From the NCBI GenBank assembly GCA_047495785.1, contig JBLDXI010000013.1:1550001-1614000 (forward strand): a stretch of DNA of 64,000 nt, read 5' to 3'. Source of the stretch: Lepidodermella squamata (Eukaryota; Animalia; Gastrotricha). A model generated the notes under the pieces. It did not search any database. It was not told the DNA's origin and saw only the letters and a program-made list of their open reading frames with translations. A program made the translations under genes and the position numbers. Of the stretch, positions 58,599 through 64,000 are shown in pieces (within the stretch, counting starts at the first letter, position 1; every line of letters starts with the position of its first letter).

Positions 58599-60436
58599 AT
58601 GGCCAAGTCGATGGAAGACATTGTTAGAGACTGTCCCGATGCTGCGGCACGGATTCTTCTGCTCCTTGAACCTGAGCAAATTTTCCTCGATTGCGGATTG
58701 GTCAACAAAGCTTGGCATACGTTCGTCCAAAGTGACTTGTTCCTTGAAAAATTTCTAAATGATCAATTCGGCAAAGAAAAGGTCGGAAGCTACCTCGATT
58801 CTTTCAAGGAGGAGGGTAAATCGGTGGCGATTGAATCACTTCGAAAGACGCTACAGGAAGATCCAGCTTTCCGTTTCGGCCACAGTTTCAAGTCTGAAGA
58901 TTATAAAATCGACTGGAAACCGGAAGTTAACGCAGATTCAGTTCCTCAGCTCGTCCACAAATTAGCTGAAAATCGCGAAATAGATGGGCGCGAAATAACT
59001 GCCGTAGAAAAACTACCTGCTCACGATCTAAACTTGCACTTCTGGTTATTTGATCTACACGCTAAAAAGCGAAAAGCAGTCATTGATAAGCTGGAAATGC
59101 CTCTTCAAATTCTATTTGACAAGAAATCATCATCTCAATCAATAGTCATTTTGGATGATGAATTTCGTTGTGTTACGGAAACAGCTTGGCCTGGAAAGGT
59201 AGAGATTTTGTTAACTCTCACTGAACCTTGATTTTAAGCTCTAATTTTAGATAATGACAGGTTCTTCTACCTGGAGTTACTTGGCAAAATATCCTTCGAA
59301 CGCGCGATATTTGGCTTTACTTGAATCGAACACTTTGCATCTTCGTTTTGTCCTCCCCAGTTCGGTTGAACGATACGAAAGGGTAAATTTTACCATATTT
59401 TATGAATCAGCTTATAACCAACTATTTTTTTATATAGTTGATGAAAATCGCCCAAGTCGCTGAGTGTGGCAAATCCAAAGAAATTGAAGATCTTCTGGAC
59501 GCCGATCCTTACGGTAAAAGTATTGTCAACTACTACTGCAAGCCCCTTCATGGCCGCCCGCTGGATTTGGCTGTCTCGAAGGGTGATCAAAACATGAAAG
59601 CTATTCGTACGCTTCTTGATTGGGGAGCCTATGTTGACAAAAGAACCCTGGAAGCCGCGATGAACGCCGGCCAATTCGATACGCTTCGCTTACTTCTGGA
59701 AAACTTTGCTGCTAATACGCCGGAAAAAGCACGTAAAGAGATTTTGTCGAAATTGCTGGTCGATGCCGTAATCGCGAATGGTCCGACAGTTTGCCACATC
59801 GCTGGGCTTTTAATTGGTATAATTTATCAAAAAATTGAAAATATTAGCTATGGCTTTCTATTTATAGAGCGTGGTGCTGACATTAACGCCGTCACGGCTG
59901 CGACTGACAAAAATCCCGATGAGCTTGACGAGGAGAACTTGCTGATGATCGCTGTCTACTACCGCCGACCTGACCTCATTTGCTTTTTGCTCACTCGTGG
60001 CATCAATGTTAACTACGTTTCACCCGTTCGCGGCCTTTGCGCTCTTAATTATGTCACGACGAATCGCCGCGGCGTTCGGGATCAGATGAAAAACGAGCAG
60101 GAAATCGCGTACATGCTCATTTCAATCGGCCAAGCTAACGTCAATGTTCGAACTGGGCCGAAGCGAACAAGCACGCCGTTGATCGATGCTACCAAAGCTC
60201 GAAACCCCGAGGCAGTCAAACTGCTGCTGAAAAACCGTGCCGATACGAGTTTGGTGGATGAAGAAGGCATGACAGCTAGGCAGATGGCTGAAAAGCTGGA
60301 AGATGCGGCTTTGCTGAAGGTTTTCGACGATATTGCAAATGAAAATCGGCCACCAGCTGCTGCGTCAAAAAAGCGCACTATGAAAGACGCGGATGTCAAG
60401 TCTTCGGATAAAAAACGATCCGATGTGGATGTTTGA
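58599..60436 (+). CDS. F-box + ankyrin-repeat protein, multi-exon
   Basis: N-terminal F-box-like CPDAAARILLLLEPEQIFLDCGLVNKAW. C-terminal ankyrins (RPLDLAV...LLDWGA, TPLIDA...LLLKNRAD). Confidence 0.75.
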
Positions 60437-60783
60437 ACTAGTTTGATCATTCGATGAACATGTTTGATTTCAAGTTGTTTGTAGGGACATTTCTCAATAA
60501 AAATGTTTTTGCTTTGAAAAGAAACCTTGAAAACTGTAATAGGGATTCCATGGTATGAATAGAGGAGACCAGAGATTTAGACGCTAGACATCAGCATAAA
60601 AATCAGCTATAATCGATTAATCACTTATTGCTGCCATTTTCGTTTAACCCAATAATTAGGAAACTATTTTTCCGAACATAACAAGTAACATTTTCGTTGC
60701 AAATATTACTGTTTCGAAGCATCTGTCATTATTAGTTATAAAATTGGGGCAAGCTGGCAGAAAATTCTGTTTGTTTCCAGTCT

Positions 60784-63170
60784 TTACCAGGGTTTGCTCG
60801 GACAAGCACCGGTAGGTCCTTGCGGAACCGATGAAGTTGCTATATGAAATTCAAAATAAAATCCCGATTAATGGGTCCTATTTAAGGACACTTACGGCAT
60901 CGCGGATATGATGAGCTCGATTCATATCCAGTTGATGAAACTTTGCATGCTATCGAAAGCGAAAGTTTCCTTCTTAGGATTTAATGCATTAACTTGATGA
61001 CCTACTTGACGTTAGACCTGACGCTAAAGTCGTCCCACAGGTAGCGTAAGCTGTTAGCTGAAATCCAGTGCCACCCTTGCCCCCGTTTCGCGTGTTGGAG
61101 CTTTGAAAATAGACATAAGCTTCCTTTCCATCCACGTTAATTCGAGTCTTGCTGTTATCACATTTGCAAAATCTAACGTTGATATGAAAAATGTGAGAAA
61201 TCTAAGATCATAAACAGTTTGAAAGATCACATTTTGCCCGGCATTGTCATCAGCGAAGAATTGGTCCTGATCTCAACATATTCAAGGCAACTGTCAGCTG
61301 GATTGCACGACATGTCAGGTTGCTTTTCGAAGGCGAAAACCAGCCCACAGCTCGCGGTCTATTGAATGATGAATATTCATCCGATTTCAAGTCATTTTAA
61401 AGGCCTAATACCGTGACTTTCCAAGTGCAAGTTGCGTCGCTCGGGAAACTTTTCGGGTAGGTAGGCAGCTGGATGGTTTGCATCGAGCAACTTGGAACGA
61501 CGATTGTCCCTCCACAAGGCGAAACATTAACCGCCGGGGCAATGGCCTCGCAATACGTTCCGCCGAGACCAGGCGGGCAGCGGCAACGTTGGCAATTCTT
61601 CGGATCTTGATAGCCACCATTCTGACACGGCTGGCCAAGTTTGACAGCAGAACACTTTGACTCTAAGTTAAATTTATTTTGAACGCGGTTTGGAAGGTTT
61701 GAAAATCATACGGATGCAATTGTAGTAGTAGTTGATCCGCTTTACATCGAAGAACGACAAAATAGTTTGACCACCAATCGCCGTGATTTGATTTGAAGCA
61801 TATGGAACCATGGTTCGCTTCTTCCCCCAGTAATCAGTGCTGAAGCCAAGCGAGTCATAGTGCATGACCTTTTGATTCAAAATAAATCGTTGGAGCTTTC
61901 GAGAACATTTTTCAGAAATTATACCGATGTAACTTCGTAATGGGTGTTGCCGTAGTCAACGTCCTCATTAGGCTTTTTCAACTCAAACGCATACTCCCAA
62001 CCTCTGTTACGAACATGAAATTAACATCGACCGATTTATATGAGATTTTGGATCATCTTACGAGATAACATTTTCCCAATTGATTTTGAGGCTAAAGACA
62101 AAAAGATGCAAGGCTCTTTATAGTGAAATGAAATTCTTCCTAGCTTACTATGAGTCACGATCTGGTCGCTGATGCTCGTGGTTCCTTTGAAAAAAATTAG
62201 ACTTTATGATTTCAAGACATAAAACTCTGATTGTTACAGAGCAAGGGCATGACCAATCTCGTGGGCTGGCGTTCCAGGCTAAAATTTATATACTGATTAG
62301 ATGGTTCAAGCATTCTAATTAAAACTTGCTGTGTTGGTACATCCGGATCCCAATGATAGCTGTTGGCCATTTTGGAAGGCAATGCCTTGATAGGACCAAC
62401 ATCTGATGTTTTGACAAAGATCTTTAGTGATCGATTAGTGACTTTGAAGTTAATAATACCCGTCGCCCTTGATGATTTTTAGGTGAGGAGAGGCGCCGAT
62501 TGAAGATGCACTCGAGTATTCCGTAAAGGTGGCGCAAGTGTTGTCAGTCCACCATTTAATTCCATCCCGAATTATTCCCTTTTCGTTCTCGGCTTTATTT
62601 CATGAAGAAACATTTCAGACCTAGAAATATTGCCTACATTTACTTACTATGGGTGCTTTCGAATACGTATTTGATTGGAAACGTCCATTTGCTGTAGTAT
62701 GGATAGATTCCGTAATTTCTGAAAACGAGAGAAAATCCGAGTTTGCAATGACCAGCTGCCAGTATTAAATTTACGTTGGTCGCTCAACAGGGAGGCCATA
62801 TCTTTGCTTGACTTCGGTTAGCCATGCCCTGGCTTGATCCGGGGTGTAACGAATATCGTCGTAGAAAAGACGAGTTCGAGCTTCGGATTCTTCGTCAAAA
62901 TTAACTCGCTTTGAAAAATGACAAGCGAAATGATTATTCATTTGTCAAAACCGGGAATTTACCCTGTTGATTCGCGTCAAATTTCGGCGAAGTCTGATTA
63001 TTTCGTTGATTTGCTCGAGGATTGCCGTAACTTCTGGATCTCGTCCGTCATTTTTCGGAAAAGGCTGGAAAAATTGTCTTTATCACTGAATTATGTCCAT
63101 CAGGATAACATACCAGAGCGAAAGTCTGAACAACAAAAGCGGAAACCAAAATTACTGCGGATAAAATCAT
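60784..63170 (-). CDS. astacin-family zinc metalloprotease (signal, pro, catalytic, EGF, CUB), many small exons
   Basis: Manually spliced: MILSAVILVSAFVVQTFAL; PAHEIGHALALNHEHQRPDRDSY; Met-turn SVMHY; LSFFDVKRINYYYNC; EGF CQNGGYQDPKNCQRCRCPPGLGGTYCE; CUB CGG...CTW...EYVEIR...VYFQSS...GFQL; ends CPSKPW*. Confidence 0.88.
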
Positions 63171-63691
63171 CACTGTTTGAACTTATTTCCCTGCCAGGGA
63201 ATTTCAGAGGAATGGTGTGTCAAAAATGCGACGGCCTGCTCTCGAGCCTTATCTCGCGTCTTTTTTATTGCCGCTTATTACGTACACTCAGGTTCATTAA
63301 AACGGCGATAAAGGTCGCAGGTTATAACTCGGAGGATAATCCTAAGTAGGACTATCTCGGGACATCGTAAGGGGCGGAATTAATTCTGCTATCTGCTATA
63401 TCTCGGGAAAATTAGCTTCAACATTTTATTTGACCCTTGCGAAAATCATCGCCCTACATGTCGATTGAAACTTCGACATTTTGAGAGGCTTAATGTATCT
63501 CGTAAACGGTGTGTAAAATGAATAAAAAAACCAAGAGCTTATTGATATTCATACTATTCATAATAACTTCAAAGAATCAACCCATGCTATCTGAGAAAGG
63601 GATTGAAAGAACGGTATCCATTCGTCAAAAAGCTCGCTCTTCTCGCAGTTCTCAAGTTGACTGCACTCAAGGAAATATTTCAGAAACTAAT

Positions 63692-64000
63692 ATGACCAAG
63701 CAAGACTTATTTAGCAGCATCGCCAGGCGATTTCCCCACATCCTTCAGCAAATTCTTCTCCTGATCGAGCCGGAGCAAGTTTTCCTCCGGTGCACCTGCG
63801 TTTGCAAGGCTTGGAACTCCGCAATTCGAAGCAGTGGTTTATTTGATTCTCTTTTAGAGAAACAAGCAGGCTTGAGAACTCTTCAGCGAATTTCTACCTC
63901 TCCCCTTTATCCTGACATTCGCTCGGCAATACTCAATGATCCGATATTTCGAAAAGAATTCATAATTAACGCCACTGATAATTTGGTCGATTTGGACCCT
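63692..64000 (+). CDS. F-box protein, 5' part (runs off window); paralog of the 58599 gene
   Basis: MTKQDLFSSIARRFPHILQQILLLIEPEQVFLRCTCVCKAW...LNDPIFR aligns with ILLLLEPEQIFLDCGLVNKAW...LQEDPAFR. Confidence 0.75.
   Translation, partial: MTKQDLFSSIARRFPHILQQILLLIEPEQVFLRCTCVCKAWNSAIRSSGLFDSLLEKQAGLRTLQRISTSPLYPDIRSAILNDPIFRKEFIINATDNLVDLDP

Noticed and set aside
62918-63349. 143-aa plus-strand ORF
   Set aside because: Antisense to the first astacin exons; no motifs.
1-64000. CRISPR arrays, rRNA or prokaryotic systems
   Set aside because: No regularly spaced direct repeats or rRNA signatures; the genes are spliceosomal-intron-containing eukaryotic genes.

Overview
Compact, gene-dense eukaryotic (invertebrate metazoan-like) DNA with mostly ~45-60 nt introns. 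About 17 host genes, in order: a divergent P2C (Na/K-type) ATPase alpha subunit, a small hypothetical protein, two paralogous secreted SGNH hydrolases flanking a Cys-rich protein and a SEC14+spectrin (SESTD1-like) gene, a giant mosaic lectin, two FBXL4-like paralogs, an Ig-like membrane protein, LYRM4, DHODH, AMDHD1, a coiled-coil protein, a signal-peptide ankyrin protein, an F-box-ankyrin protein, an astacin (mostly missed by the ORF track) and a partial F-box gene. There are also several MITEs. Highlights: (1) the intronless DHODH ORF lies entirely inside intron 1 of LYRM4 on the same strand, just downstream of AMDHD1, in an operon/trans-splicing-like layout; (2) a young Penelope-like retroelement (RT+GIY-YIG) has an inverted pLTR and minimal hammerhead ribozymes whose core contains an ATG in frame with the RT ORF; (3) that element is inserted in a TA-flanked DNA element carrying two identical, convergent tRNA-like Pol III cassettes; (4) the P2C ATPase has lost most canonical Na+/K+ ligands and the KETYY tail; (5) the lectin's F-type lectin folds are split by large nested domain insertions. 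All calls come from manual reading; no database searches were run.
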